Below, piece by piece: positions 42,041 through 54,900 of a stretch of 55,264 nucleotides of DNA. The DNA comes from Paramoeba atlantica (Eukaryota; Protista; Discosea). The translations under genes and the position numbers were made by a program. Position 1 is the stretch's first letter. Each line of letters opens with the position of its first letter. Location: assembly GCA_977017575.1 (NCBI GenBank), contig CDRNVI010000082.1, positions 1 through 55,264 of the forward strand, written 5' to 3'. The notes under the pieces were generated by a model that searched no databases, was not told the DNA's origin, and saw only the letters and a program-made list of their open reading frames with translations.

Positions 42041-42742
42041 TACCGCGTTTAACGAAGAGCCTAGAAAAGAAAAATTTGACAGGAGAGTAAAAGAAACCAG
42101 AGGGATAATTCTGGATTTGGTCCAAAAAGAGCCGATAGTTGGGCAAAAATAGGGTTGTTTTTGCATATTTCCGCTCACATGTGTTTTCCTTCGGTTCGCA
42201 CGATTTTGAATGAAGCAGGGTGGAGACCCTTTTTTTGAAAGGCACTTGAATTCACCCCGGCTTTTGAAGGGGGGGCTTTACCTCGTGGATTTACTTCTTC
42301 GTTTTGATTCATTTGGTTTACGCCAGGGGTGCAGTTAATGCCATGTCGGAACGCTTTTCTGACAGTACGTTGGGTATGCACTAATTGAGTCATCAAAAGC
42401 ATATTTGTTGAATGATCAGGCTAAAAATAGAAGAAGTGATGACTGCGAATGTAGATCTGCTATGTAAATGTAAACATTTTCTTAACAAATTTAGTTTCAA
42501 TTGTATTTATTTGAGTTTAGAAAATGCGAAGTTACAAATACTTACAGAGGGTTTCCGAGACACAAAGTAATACCACAGAAAAACTTTGATGCGATGAATC
42601 GTAAAAAGAAACGGTGCTGTGGACGAATTTAAGCCGAAAATTTCTCGAAAGAAAAGTGTTTTCTTTCCTTCTCCAACCTTCGAATCATGACTTCAAAATT
42701 TTAAACCAACTTTCACTTCCAAACGTCTTCTTACACACTTAT

Positions 42743-43411
42743 TCAGAAATTTAAGTATCTGTTTCTCTTCTTTTTCCCTTTGAAGTAAACGCTCGATGCG
42801 CGCTTCGCTTCTTCCGTAGTGCTAAAACACACGTGCGCCAGTCCCTTTTTTGATACGATTGTTATGCAATCGATTTCACCATACGAAGCGTAATGCTTGG
42901 TAAGGTCTTCTTTATTCGTAGAGGAGGGAAGGTGTTCTATTGTGATTGAGCGCTCGTCACGCTCTTCGCGCGCAGAGCGCAAAACGTGTAGAGATTCTAA
43001 GTAATCATCTCTTTTGCACTTTGTATCTCTTTCCTTGTCGGAAATGTCGTTACCATTGGTTGATTGATTCTCCGCCGAGTCCAGGGTAAATTCAAAGAAA
43101 GTTTTCAAAAAAATCAAGCTGAGTCTAGAAACATTCAACTTAAAAAGCAATACATGAACGTAGAAGTCTTGTTTTTGAAGGGCCTGCCCGGAGGGCCCTT
43201 CGAGAGGGTGCAGACCCGCTGCCGCGGTGGGTGCTTTTGAAGCAAACAAGCTTCTGAAATTTCGATAAAAAAAATTGAAAGCAATTTTGACGGAGCGTAA
43301 TTCTGCAGCTACGATGGAGACATTTTTTTTTGTTAGAGGGCGCGTGAGCGTTGGGGTCACTCGCACTTCTTCTGCCGAAGCTGAAGACGCCGGGCTTGTG
43401 ACCGGTATCAA
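42743..43411 (-). CDS. RRM-containing ORF inside the Helitron 3' region (captured fragment; start uncertain)
   Basis: ERSITIEHLP..TNKEDLTKHYASYGEIDCITIV..KGLAHVCFSTTEEAKRA has the RNP2/RNP1 layout. Confidence 0.7.
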   Translation of the reverse strand: MIPVTSPASSASAEEVRVTPTLTRPLTKKNVSIVAAELRSVKIAFNFFYRNFRSLFASKAPTAAAGLHPLEGPSGQALQKQDFYVHVLLFKLNVSRLSLIFLKTFFEFTLDSAENQSTNGNDISDKERDTKCKRDDYLESLHVLRSAREERDERSITIEHLPSSTNKEDLTKHYASYGEIDCITIVSKKGLAHVCFSTTEEAKRASSVYFKGKKKRNRYLNF

Positions 43412-43465
43412 GCGTGCTTCCCCCCTAGAGAGGTCTTCCTAAGAAGATCGTTTCAATCTAATTTC

Positions 43466-44760
43466 TTAGAATTGATAAGTCAAATCGGTAAGCCGATTTG
43501 CTTTTTCCATGGCCGGAAATTTAGGCCTCTGGTAACCTGAAGTCAGGTGTGTTCCTGGGCGATCTGTGCCCATGCCAGGGAGCACTCGAATATCATCGAG
43601 GCATTGTGCCCTGGATATTGCTACTGTGAGCTTGGCGAGTTCCGGTCTCTTGGACCACGCCTTATCATTCAAGTCAAGAATAACACCGTTCTTCACGGTG
43701 ATACCTTGTACTTTGTGATACGTATAGGCAAATCCCAATTCCACTTGAAAGTTTCCTTGGGAAGCCTTATCATGGTGCTGCGTCTTTTTGGCGTAAAATT
43801 CTACACCTGACCCCTTCTCAATGCATTGCATAAAAGAAGGGGCTTACACCATCAATAGTGTCGTATGACAAATCGTTTGACACAAGGTCTCTCATTTCAA
43901 TCACTGTCCCATTCGCAATTTTCATGGTATAAGGAGCAATGTTCTCGGTGATTACACCGGGTGCTCCTTTTACAAATATAGAAAATGCTTCAGGGTGTGT
44001 GTCAATGAGTTTACCTTGGACGTTATCGCCTGTCCATGCGAACAATGGGCAATTGTGACGTCTGGCAAAATTTCTTGCCATTGCGACATTAATCTTGTGC
44101 CGTTCAACATTTGTTCCAACAATGACAATTGCATTGCGGAACTTTTCTTAGTCCTCAGAGGTAAGAGGTTTTACCAATTGGATGAACTTCTTCAACCCCT
44201 CATTGGGAGCTTTTCGAAGAAGACGCAAGATATCTGAAAATACAGTATCTTGTCGTGCTCGCATTTGCTGTTTGAGTGCAAACACATACCTGACTTGAAA
44301 AATATTCTCAAAAATGGGATTATTACCAGGAGAGCTATCTTCTATGGTAAGAGACGCTCCTTGTACTGGTCTCAGCTGATAAAAATCTCCAACAAAGAGC
44401 ATGTTGATGCCTCCATAGGGAAGCTGCTCATTTCCTTTGATTTGCTGCAGCCTAGTGTTGATACAGGAAAGGAAACACTTGCTGATCATTGACACTGCGT
44501 CGACTATGATTAATCGACATTTCTCATACCTTTGTTAGTAGAAGGCTACTGCTTGAAAGATGTTTCAAATTTCTTGCAGTAGCCCCTATCGGTATGCAGA
44601 GGGAAGCGTGTATTGTGCAACAGTGCAGTACTGATGCGGCGATCCCAGTGGGCGACATTCCAATACATTGGCTTCCCAGTTCTTGCATTATGAAACGGAA
44701 AACTAGACTTTTCCCGGTTCCGGAGCCACCGAGCAGAAACATACATTTCCGCTCGGGGTC
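43466..44760 (-). pseudogene. Helitron PIF1-family helicase (broken)
   Basis: Walker A GGSGTGKS, TGIAA..LHCCTIHA, Walker B IIVDA (E->A), GGINMLFVGDFYQLRPV, KQQMRA, FAYTYHKVQGIT. Frameshifts near 44530 and 43825, stop at 44148. Confidence 0.9.
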
Positions 44761-47700
44761 TAGTTTCCCGTTTAGTAAATCTTCAATTTGATTTACGCAC
44801 TGTTTCTGTGCTTGCAACAGTTCAATGGAACTGTTGTCTTCGCGCAATATGTAGCTGCGATCAAACTCGTATTGATTACTGCGAGCCAGTGGACGATCCT
44901 CATTAAAATGAGCTCTGTCCACTGGTGCACTTGGCTCAGATTGAGCCGAAGTTGCAAATCGTTCGTTTTGGATCATTTCAGCATAGCGCTCTCGCGCATT
45001 TATGACTGAAATATTGGACCTCGTCCTTGTCATTTTCGATGCAAGATCAACATTTTCTTCAGAGGAGTTCTCAGTAGAACCTCCTAACGCGGCCGTTAAA
45101 GCTCGCGTTTGTAGTTCGCAGTATGCATTCTGCTGAACCAATCGCTCTTCATTAACCACTGCAGTGTTCTGCTGTGCTTCAAGAGCATCTTGAAGATGAG
45201 GTTCAACCTCTCGCACTTCAAGCTCATTTTCGTACGCAATGTTGCGTGCTAATCTTGCTTCTTCCAGAGTGCAAGCATCTTTGCGTCGATACAAATCTGC
45301 CGCGTTCTCTGTATTCTTCGAAGCATGTAAAAGCCGAAGAAAGTTGCACATTATGTCATACTTTCCAGGCGTATTTATTTTCGCTTCATTGAGAAGCTTT
45401 TCAAACCCTTCTAGGGTCATTTCATGGCTCGGTGAGCCTTTCGTCCATGGGGAAAACAATGCCACCATGTGTTTCGCTACTCGAAGATGGATTCGAGCTC
45501 GTGCCCCAGGTTCTTTTGAAGAACTCAATATGGGAAAACCTGGTATAGCTGGCACAGTGTGCAAAGAGCGCAACTGTTGCTCAACAATATCTCCAGGCTC
45601 AAAATCGGGGAGGCCTTCAATGTCCTCAAAGGCGTATCTCCCATTAGCACGACGTCCGCGACGACGTCTTCGATTTGTCCCTGACTCAAAATCTGAATCA
45701 TGACCGGGCTCTTCTTGAGCTAGTTCAGCTCTTTTCTTCTTTACGCTGACAATGCCTGCATAGGAATACAGGTCAAGGTCTTGAAGATCTTCGCCCCTGT
45801 GCATGTAACTCACATGGAGTGGTGCAAGAACTGCACAATCATGTTCGTTGATCATTAGAGGAGCCTCTAAGATACCGTTGTCGAACTCCATATCAGAGTC
45901 TTGTGACGAATCATCGTCACTGATTTCTAGATCTCTGTGATCTGAATCACTTGAGATATTTGCCAGGAACTTCATTACACGGTTCATATTGATCCATGTG
46001 AAGTTATGGCTCATATACTCGGAGGATTGGCCGAGACAAAAGGCAGTTGCTATTTCGATTGAAACTTCTATCTTTCGATGTGTCATGTTCGACAATTTCT
46101 GTAGAATTAAGCGTGCCATCGGAATGTCAGTTTGCACTCTGTGCTCTGAATTCAGAACCATTTGAAGGTGGTCATTGGCTGCGCGAAGTGCTGGTACAAT
46201 GTACACAGGTGGACCAATGTCCTTGCTCATATATTTTATGAGATATTGCATAATTTTTATGCCGGGACCTTCGCTCCCAATGAAAACAACACATGTATTG
46301 CATCTTACGCAAGCAATGTGTGTTTCATTGTACGGAACGGTGATGGATCCCCGTTTAGTGTGTTGTGTCGGGTCCTGGTTATTGCGAAGAAGCACAATCA
46401 GAGACCTTTCATCAAGTACTGGCCAAATGGTATCATTTTTAAGCGGCCGTGTTGGAGCCTTGGGCCGGAATTCCGGTTGTCCGGATTCATCCATCTGAAC
46501 CTCAACCTCTCTAACTTCCGTTTCATTTTCATGAAGTACGGATGGAATGCCATATCGGCATTTCTTCTTGATAATGTTTCCTTTCATTTTGAAACACATG
46601 GGTTTGTGACCAACGTGCTGCTGAACATCAACAGCACATTCGGCCACATGTTCCCTGAAATAATCATCCTTTTCATCAGGAATGATATGTAGACCTCCGC
46701 GATACATCTTTGAGTAGTCGAGCGTTGCAGGGCCGTAGAGCTCCTTACTGATCCTTTGCGCCCGCTCGGGCAGATCAGCGCGCATCGTCGTACCCAAAGA
46801 CTTCGCGAGACCATCGTGCTCCTTCACAATGTGAATTAATTCGGAGACGTAATGTGGACTAAGATTGTTCCATAGCACACTATGAAAGTGTAGCGCACCT
46901 CTTTTCTGGCATTTTACAACACCAAAAAATGCTCGAGGGCGACCAAAGAGGCCTTCAAGAACGTCACGTTCCTTCTTTACCTCATCTACATTCGACATTC
47001 CGTACAATTCGGTAAGAAGAGTACGGATTTGCCGTTCGAAAATGCTAGTGGATCTGACAGGATTCCCTTGCACAAGCTCACATCGCTTGAGAAGGTTGGC
47101 CCCCATTTCCTGCATTTTTTCGCTCTCATCATTTGTGATGATTCTTAGAGCTAGAACGTTATCGTTCATGTTTGGACTCACTGTGACCCAGTAACTTGGC
47201 AGTCCGTATCGCCTGTATAAGGCGTAGATCTGGCCTTGTGATGCCTTTCGCTTTGCTGGCGAAAAGGGTATCGTTTTTGCGCATACTTGCACAAATGGCA
47301 GAAACTTTGTTTCCAGAAGTTTCGCCTCGGAACTGTTTGGGTTCCTTATAGCCTGTTGTACAATGTGATAGAAAGCATCAGCATTGCAAAAATTCATGAG
47401 GCTTCTGTGCATATCTTTGTTATGCTTCAGATTTTGCACTACTGCTGATGAGACTGCACGGCGCCGAAGCACATCGTAGCAGTAAAATATGAATCCAGTA
47501 TTCTTTGCAAATCGGGAATCCGATTGCTCTAGAATTTCCTTGATTTCATATAGTTCAAACGTTGAACCCTTAAAAGGGTACTTTTGCATCAGCGTCGGAA
47601 ATGCTCCGAGCAAGATGTTTTCCATGTCGGTATACTCATTGAGTAAACCTTCTTTTTGTTTCAGTTGCATCGCCACGGCATGCGTAATTTGCGCACCCGC

Positions 47701-47886
47701 CGGCGCATTGCTTACAGGGCTGTGATCAGTTACAAAAGATCGTGTGATTTCACCGCGAGGATCGCGATGTAACGTATCGGAAGCCACTTCTTGGGTGACC
47801 ATACTGTTGATGGCGTTTTCACCCTCCTGGGAAACAGATCTATCCCAAAGATGTGAGACAACGTCTCCAATGTTTCTCGGTAACAA
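44524..47886 (-). pseudogene. Helitron Rep (HUH endonuclease) domain and linker
   Basis: LLGAFPTL, FIFYCYDVLRRRAV, motif 1 YWVTVSPN, motif 2 QKRGALHFHSVLW, CKYG-like CRYGIP, motif 3 YLIKYMSK. Confidence 0.9.
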
Positions 47887-49392
47887 CGTTGATCTTTCCT
47901 TCCTCTTTCAGTTGAGCATACACGTGGTTATGCTCACAGAGGAAGTTTACCCAGGTGTTCAGGGTCTCTGATTTCACGCCGAATATGCCACTCAGCTGTG
48001 CAGAACATAGTCTTTGACTACGTTTCGTTCTCCGTTCGTTTGCTATCCAAACAATTTGGATGTTCTTAATCGCGCCCTCGAGATCAGGAACTCTTTCAAG
48101 TTGCAAGAGCTCAAGGGTTTCGCGTGCTGTAGCCGTCACGTGTCCAGTGAACTTCTTGTCTGGCCTTAAGGATGCGGCATATGCGCCACCTTTCCTATGT
48201 ACACTGATGATTGTGCAGTGTAAAAACACCTTTTGAAGAAGGATCTCTTCTACCAGCGTGGGTACTGGAAGGTGATTTGTAGAAGGTTGTTCTACTGGAC
48301 CGCGGGGAATTCTCCCTTTTTTGTCCATTATTCTTTGATCCCTTGCACAAAGTTGCGCTTCGGGATTCGGAAGGTCACTTTCGAGAAGAATAACTTTACA
48401 AGAATCACAACTTGTGATACGTTGGTCGTCGTTCATTCTCTTTTTGTACCTTTTCATGCACTCTTCTTGAGCTTCCGTACTGACTGAAAAATCTTCCAAA
48501 GGAAGACGATCAATGTAGGAAGTCTCATAGAAGTATTTTAGTGCGTCTTTTGGATTGCGCTCAATGTCGAAACGTGTTCGACGTGAGCCATCTCCATTGA
48601 CTTCGTATGTGTCAAAATTGACAATACATTTCGCGATGCAACATCGTTCAAGCCAGTACCGAAGTTCATTGGCTGAAGATTCTTTGCATATTTCGTTTGT
48701 GTGAAAGATGGTATTTTCACACACCTGCATGATAGCATATGCTGCACTGTCAATAGTGCTAGCATTCGTCACATTCGTGACAGTTGCTTGATTCAAAATT
48801 GAAACAATTTCATTTTCAAGAGAGGGACTCTTAATAAACGTATAAACGTTCTTTTCACCCTTCTTTTTCAAGGAAACAATGACCCATATGGGTCCCGATG
48901 ATTCATCTGTTTCCAAGTATGTAAATATGTGTAAACCCACACGGTTCCTTGAAGTGAACTTGTCACATTCATTGAATGGACATACTTTCACAGGAAATCG
49001 TCGTGTGTTAATGGTTTTACATAATACATTTTCCACAAAGTAGAGAATCTCTACTGATTTTAGTGGATGATCTAGCCTTGTGAATGCTTCTTTGGTACGC
49101 TTTTCTTGTGGATACAAAGTGAGGGGTATAACCCCCACTTCGCCTTTTTCCAGTGAAGCTTCGAGCCACTTCCAGAGTGATAAAAGTTTATCACGTTCTG
49201 TCAGTTTCGGCCAATCACGGTCTTGCGTGATAGTGTAGGCTATCGCTCCCAGGGAGAGCTCACCTTCATCGTTTCCTACTAAAGGAACTGGCGTAGTAGC
49301 CATGCTTCCAATATTGTAGACTGTTCGAATTGCCGCTATCTGTGTTTCCATAGAAGCTGCGCAATTGTATGTGAACACTCGTCGTTTCCAAA
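47840..49392 (-). pseudogene. Helitron N-terminal region with a DUF6570-like segment
   Basis: CDSC..LARDQRI..EEILLQKV..TIISV..FTGHVTATARE..LERVP..IQIVW precedes Rep via a 1-nt frameshift at ~47880. Confidence 0.65.
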
Positions 49393-49736
49393 TCCAAAAA
49401 ATCCAAATCATTCCGGATTGCTCCGGATGGTCACTGGCAAGCCAGACCCTTCACAGACAGATTTGGAAGTTCCGAGGCCGACGTCCTCTACCAGTTTCCG
49501 CTTGTCCAAGGCGGCACCAACGTGCTGTTACCAACACGCTGCGTCGACGAACTGTACGTCAACACGGCTTGCCCAAGAGGTGTAAGCCGGGTAAGGGAGC
49601 TGGTTCCCTGACGGGAGGGTCCGGGACGGTCCTCCGAGTACTGGGCCTAGTCGGTTATCAGCCCAGCCTCTTAGAGTGAGGCCGCCGGGAATATTGCGAT
49701 GAGCGGGTTTGAACTCGCCGTCTGAGCACCATGTGC
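49393..49736 (-). mobile_element. tRNA-related SINE-like element (copy 2), inserted into the Helitron ORF
   Basis: Removing it fuses the flanking ORFs in frame (..EFKV|WKRRVF..). Head has A/B-box-like remnants, core motifs are shared with 13606-14019, and the tail is TTTGGA-like. Confidence 0.65.
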
Positions 49737-49737
49737 T

Positions 49738-51776
49738 TCAAACTTTGAATTCTTGCCACTCCGCCACCTCCGCTCGTCGTTTAGTCAGACATACCATGGC
49801 GAGGCAATCGCCATTCCCTTTAACGTAAACGACGTTATGTCCATCATGATGTCTCTGAATAGAGCATCTTTTATCTCCATCGCTTTGGAGGGTTTCATCA
49901 CAAACAATGTGTGAATTGATGAGAATATTCGCAATCAGTTGAAAAGATGTGAGTGTTAGCGTGGAGCATTGCTTCACACGTTCCAGATCATCATCCTGCG
50001 ATACTGCATGAGCTCTATTGCGCTCAGCTTGTGTGATCCGAAGTCGAAAAGCCCGAGCTTCAGCATGCCGCGGATGGCGGTAAAAATGCTTTTGAAGCCC
50101 CTTAAACGTGAACATTTGTTCGGTAGCGCACAAAGTGCACTTGAACTTGTTCTGTTCGCAGTGGGGGGCAAATTCGATCCAGTCGACTTTTGTTTGAACA
50201 TAACGTGTATGCTCACTTGATACCAAATGATATTGATCTGCTGGGATAATACCCGTTGTTCCTTGAATCTGTGCGAAATACGCACATACTTCGCACAGAG
50301 GAACATTCATATCAGTTTGGAGCACCTGTGAAGGGTGTCCCATACTGAGTATGTGTCGCATCATAGATTTGACACTTAGTTTGCGCATGGCGTGCAGTGC
50401 GCATACATACGATCCATTAGAGAAACTTACGTGAAGCTCCCATTTCGGATGTAGATACGCCATTTCCCGATGTTTCAGAGAATTCGCGTGATTAGTATCC
50501 ACCATGACTGGCGGGAAATCTTGCAAGATAGAAAAGTAATTGCAAGGAATACATAAATGCATTCCTTCGCAATGTTGTGCTACATGCTTCATTATAGCCT
50601 CTTTTTCAAGAGGTGTTTCAGAACACCCAGGCAGTTTGCACTGGTATATGTTTTCCGTTTCAAGGACGTTTTCTTCCCAAAATGCGTACCACTGCTTGCG
50701 CTCAGAGCACTTCGCAGGATTGTGCTTCTTGTGGGGCATATCCCCAGCATCAAAGAATGAGCAAGCTTCACAGCTTTGTTCACCTGTTTTCATATGCTTT
50801 TTTTCGACGTGCTTTCTTGCAGCGCCGAGGCTCATCACTTCACCGGAACAAGCGTCCGCAACACACTTGTAACCGGATTCTGTCCCTGCGCTTGCGTGAG
50901 CTATGGGAAGCTCGTGCCATAGTTCGAACAGTTGCTGTTCGTGTTCGTGGCTGATACTCGAAATATGCTCTCGAGTTTTCAAGATAGGACGCTGTCCATG
51001 CATACTCGAAAAAAAGGAGCATGTTTCACAAATGTCGTGATCTCTGCGCCCATGTTCCAAAACATGTTTGCGCATGTAGTAGTACATAAACGTGTACGAC
51101 GAAGGGTTTACTTTACCCCGTGATTCTGCACATTTTGTGCACCGAAAGCCTGCAGACATGGTACCTTGCACCTCAAGGTCCATCCACACGTCGTACATCT
51201 CCTTCTCGGTTTTGTGATTCGCACTCGAGAGATGCTCTCGAGTACGTCTTATGGGGGGTATCCTTGCAACGCCTCGAAGAAGGAGCACTCTTTGCAATGG
51301 GAATGATCCCCGCGCCCATGTTCGAAAACATGTTTGCGCATGTCATCATACTTGAAAGTACGATGTTTAGGGTTTTGATCGCCCTGTGTTGTGGCACATT
51401 TCGTGCACCGAAAGCCTGCAGACATGGTACCTTGCACCTCAAGGTCCATCCACATGTCGTACATCTCCTTCTCGGTTTTGTGATTCGCACTCGAGAGATG
51501 CTCTCGAGTACGTCTTATGGGGGGTATCCCTTGCAACGCCTCGAAGAAGGAGCACTCTTTGCAATGGGAATGATCCCCGCGCCCATGTTCGAAAACATGT
51601 TTGCGCATGTCATCATACTTGAAAGTACGATGTTTAGGGTTTTGATCGCCCTGTGTTGTGGCACATTTCGTGCACCGAAAGCCTGCAGACATGGTGCCTT
51701 GCACCTCAAGGTCCACCCACATGTCGTACATCTCCTTCTCGGTTTTGTGATTCGCACTCGAGAGATGCTCTCGAAA
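49738..51776 (-). pseudogene. Helitron N-terminal zinc-finger array
   Basis: Alternating CxxC..H.x3.H and CxxC..EHLSSxxH fingers. The 5' part is ~2.5 near-identical 267-bp tandem units, with a 1-bp deletion at ~51262. Confidence 0.8.
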
Positions 51777-51988
51777 CGAATGGCTAGTATAGGTCCCAAA
51801 CTCTCAAAATACAATAGCGAAAAAAAAATTGAAAAAATATTTTTTTTACCATTTTTTCCGCCAAGTTGAATTTTTTCTCAAATTTTTTTTTTTGAAAAAA
51901 TCTAAACTTGGCGAACCCGTCCTTCGGATACGCGGGGGGATCACCCCCGGGTAAGGGGGTGGAAAATGCGCGCCAAGACCACGGCTAC

Positions 51989-54900
51989 GTGTTCACCATG
52001 GGTGCATATTTGGCTAGAGGTTACCGATTTAAGTTTGCGCTGCATTTTGCTGCCATTAGAATCACCGTTGGTATGGTTTTTGCGCTTGTCTTCTGCATGA
52101 GGAATCTCGCCGTAGAATCTCAAAGCCTTTTCTCCCTTGCTTATTTTACTTGCTTGTTTAGCCACCCAGTCTGCCATATAATTATGTGGATTTTCGTTAT
52201 GCGCTTTAACTTTTACGCAGTAGAAGCGCTTTGTCCATCTTAGCGAAATATATGTTTCTTGCAATTTCTGAAGTATAGCGCCTCCCTCAAATGATTTAAA
52301 TCCTATGAATCTGAACCTATGGATAGCTCCATGAAAGAAATCCCAAACATACTCAGAATCCGTGTGCAAAATGACATCTCCGTCGTAGGACAATGCGATG
52401 AGAAGAGCCTCGTGCGCGGCAAAGGATTCTATTTCCTGAATAGATTGAGAGAATTCATGAGGAGGTTTTAACCCAAGAGATATAGAGGGCCCGCGGCGGG
52501 GCAGACTACCCTACAACCTGTGTGAGTTTCATCCTTTTTAACGATTCGTGCTCCATCTGTATAAATGTGTGTTTCATTTGGCCCGATTGGAAATGGTTGC
52601 CGCCCTTCTTCAATGTATTGTAGGGTTTCGTAGCACCCCTTGTTTACCCCCTTTACCAAAAGATTTTCCCATAGTTTTGAGGTTGTTTTAGTGTACGAGG
52701 GTCTGGGTTCAAGCTGATTTTGAAGATTTTCAAGTTTCTTGCACCATTGAGACCGATTTTGACCAAGTTTTAGAATCTCAGATACGTCAGAATGTAACTC
52801 TTTTGCACATTTTTCTGATAGCGAGGGCTTGGAACTCTCATCATTCGTTCTCCATAGTACGGCAGTTACGAATGGAGTAGGGTGACGAATAAGGTGGCCT
52901 ACTAGCGAGGCACGTTGCAATTGTATCACAGTATTGGGCTTTAGGTCAGTGGGGTAAAGAGAGTCTACTCTGCAATGCGCCTCTTTCGAGCACTTGACTC
53001 CCAACATGACCCTCCTCATTCTGTTCATTTGGACTTCCACTTCATGTAGCTCTATCTTATTTAAATTCCAAGTCCCTGGATTATAATAGACCACTGATTG
53101 AACGAGAGACTTAAAGATGTGTAATTTGCTTTTTGGTGATATAGTAGAACTCCATATGGCTTTGAGTTTGTGCATTATTGCCCAACCTAATCGTACACTT
53201 TCTTGTGAGTTTGAGCTGCGATCCTCCTCGTTCTGAGTGCTACCCAAGTAGCGATAATATGTAACTTTTGGTATTTTTTTTTTGTTTGACTTTTGGTATA
53301 TCGCCGAGTGTCACTACTTGCAAAGGTCTTCCATCATCCTTAACTTTACCTAGTGTCATCCGTGCCGTTTTGTTTGGTCCGACATTTATTTTCAAATTAG
53401 CTTTTTCTGCGGAAGTTTTAAGTTTGTGCAACATTGTGCTTAGCTCCTCCTTGGGTTCGGAGAAGAAAACTATATCATCAGCATAATTTATATCAGATAC
53501 ACGCAGTTCCTTTAGGCCTCTGCTCCTAGTTCCTGAGCTATGTGTAACAAGCCCTAAGCGATTTATGTCGATAGATTCAACTAAAATACGATCAAGAACC
53601 ATAATAAACAGGTATGGGGCCAGAACGTCACCTTGAAGAGTCCCCTGTAAAAGTGGAAATGAGTCTGTATTACCGTATGGTGTTTTCACGTGCGATTTGA
53701 GATTTTGATAAATACACATGACCGTAGAACTGAGATTTTCGGGAATATCGAAAGCACGTAATGTCTCTTTTATCGCAGCGAATGATAATGAAGGAAAGGC
53801 TTGTTGAAAGTCGACGAAACAGACGAACACCCCAGCCCCTCGGCGTGATTTTTCCATTATTTCTAAAAACGTTGCCTGAGCGCCAGCTGTTGAGCGGTTT
53901 GGTCGAAAGCCGAATTGATTCCCGCGAAGCGAACTTTCCACTGCTGGTTGTATTCTGTCTAAATTGATTCGATTCAAAATCTTCACTACATGATTCACAA
54001 GACAGATTGGTCTCCAATTTGTGAGTGAGCGCAAGTTACCTTTCTTTGGCAACGGGACCTGCAATATCGATTTCCAAGATTCATCCGCTTTTCCGGTTTT
54101 TCGTACTTCGTTCATTATATCCAGGAGATCATTACGCAAGTCTTGATCAGCTGAAATAGCACGTAGAGCTTCAATCGGGATATGATCATCGCCTGTAGCT
54201 TTTCCTGACTTAATCTTTACCATCGCAGCAGTTAGTTCCTCCACTCGAAATTCACCATCATCAATTTTTGCCAGTCGTTTTGGTGCAGTAGGTAAACTTA
54301 TTGCTTCATGACCTTTGTAAGCACTACCCCCTACCATGCTGAAATGATTCTTCACTATATTAAGGCTGCTGTTTACAGTAGTTGAAACTAGCGGAAAATC
54401 TTGCTTCTTGTCCCCTACAATTTTTCGAATTGTTCTGTACGCGGATTTTGGAGTTGATTTAAGCTCTTTTTCCAGGGCGTCGCACTCATTTATAATAGAG
54501 GAGCCTAGCTTTTCAGAGAATTCTTTTCATGCAGTAGCAAACATAGTTTTATTACCCACAATCTTCAGCAGAGACTTCATGTCAAATCCGGATAGATCTG
54601 TTTCAGCATCAATGCGAATTTCTTTTGCGTTACTAGTTTTCTTAGGCAGACTAGATGCGGCCACTCTAACAGCAGAAGAGGGTCTTGTCCAAGATATTTC
54701 GCTGGCCTTATCTATTTCCATTTTTGGCGCGTTTTCGGACTTCTGATCCTCCGACCGAATTCTTTTTGGCACAGATTTTAAAGATTCCTTTACTTTCGAA
54801 ACAAACTTATTTCGGATTTCATCATTTTTCAATGCCTCCCAAAAAGGCTTTTGTTGAGACAGTTTTTGATTTTTCCATCGAAAATTGAAGTTCGATGTCA

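Larger units (their letters stand above)
42043..51988 (-). mobile_element. Helitron (Helitron2/Helentron-like), decayed
   Basis: Zn-finger array, DUF6570-like region, HUH Rep motifs and PIF1 helicase. Unit A sequence at 51783-51988 and a palindrome arm at 42043-42078 mark the probable ends. Confidence 0.88.

Noticed and set aside
49393-49736. SRP (7SL) or other housekeeping ncRNA
   Set aside because: No SRP helix-8 motif was recognised, and it sits as an insertion within a transposon ORF.
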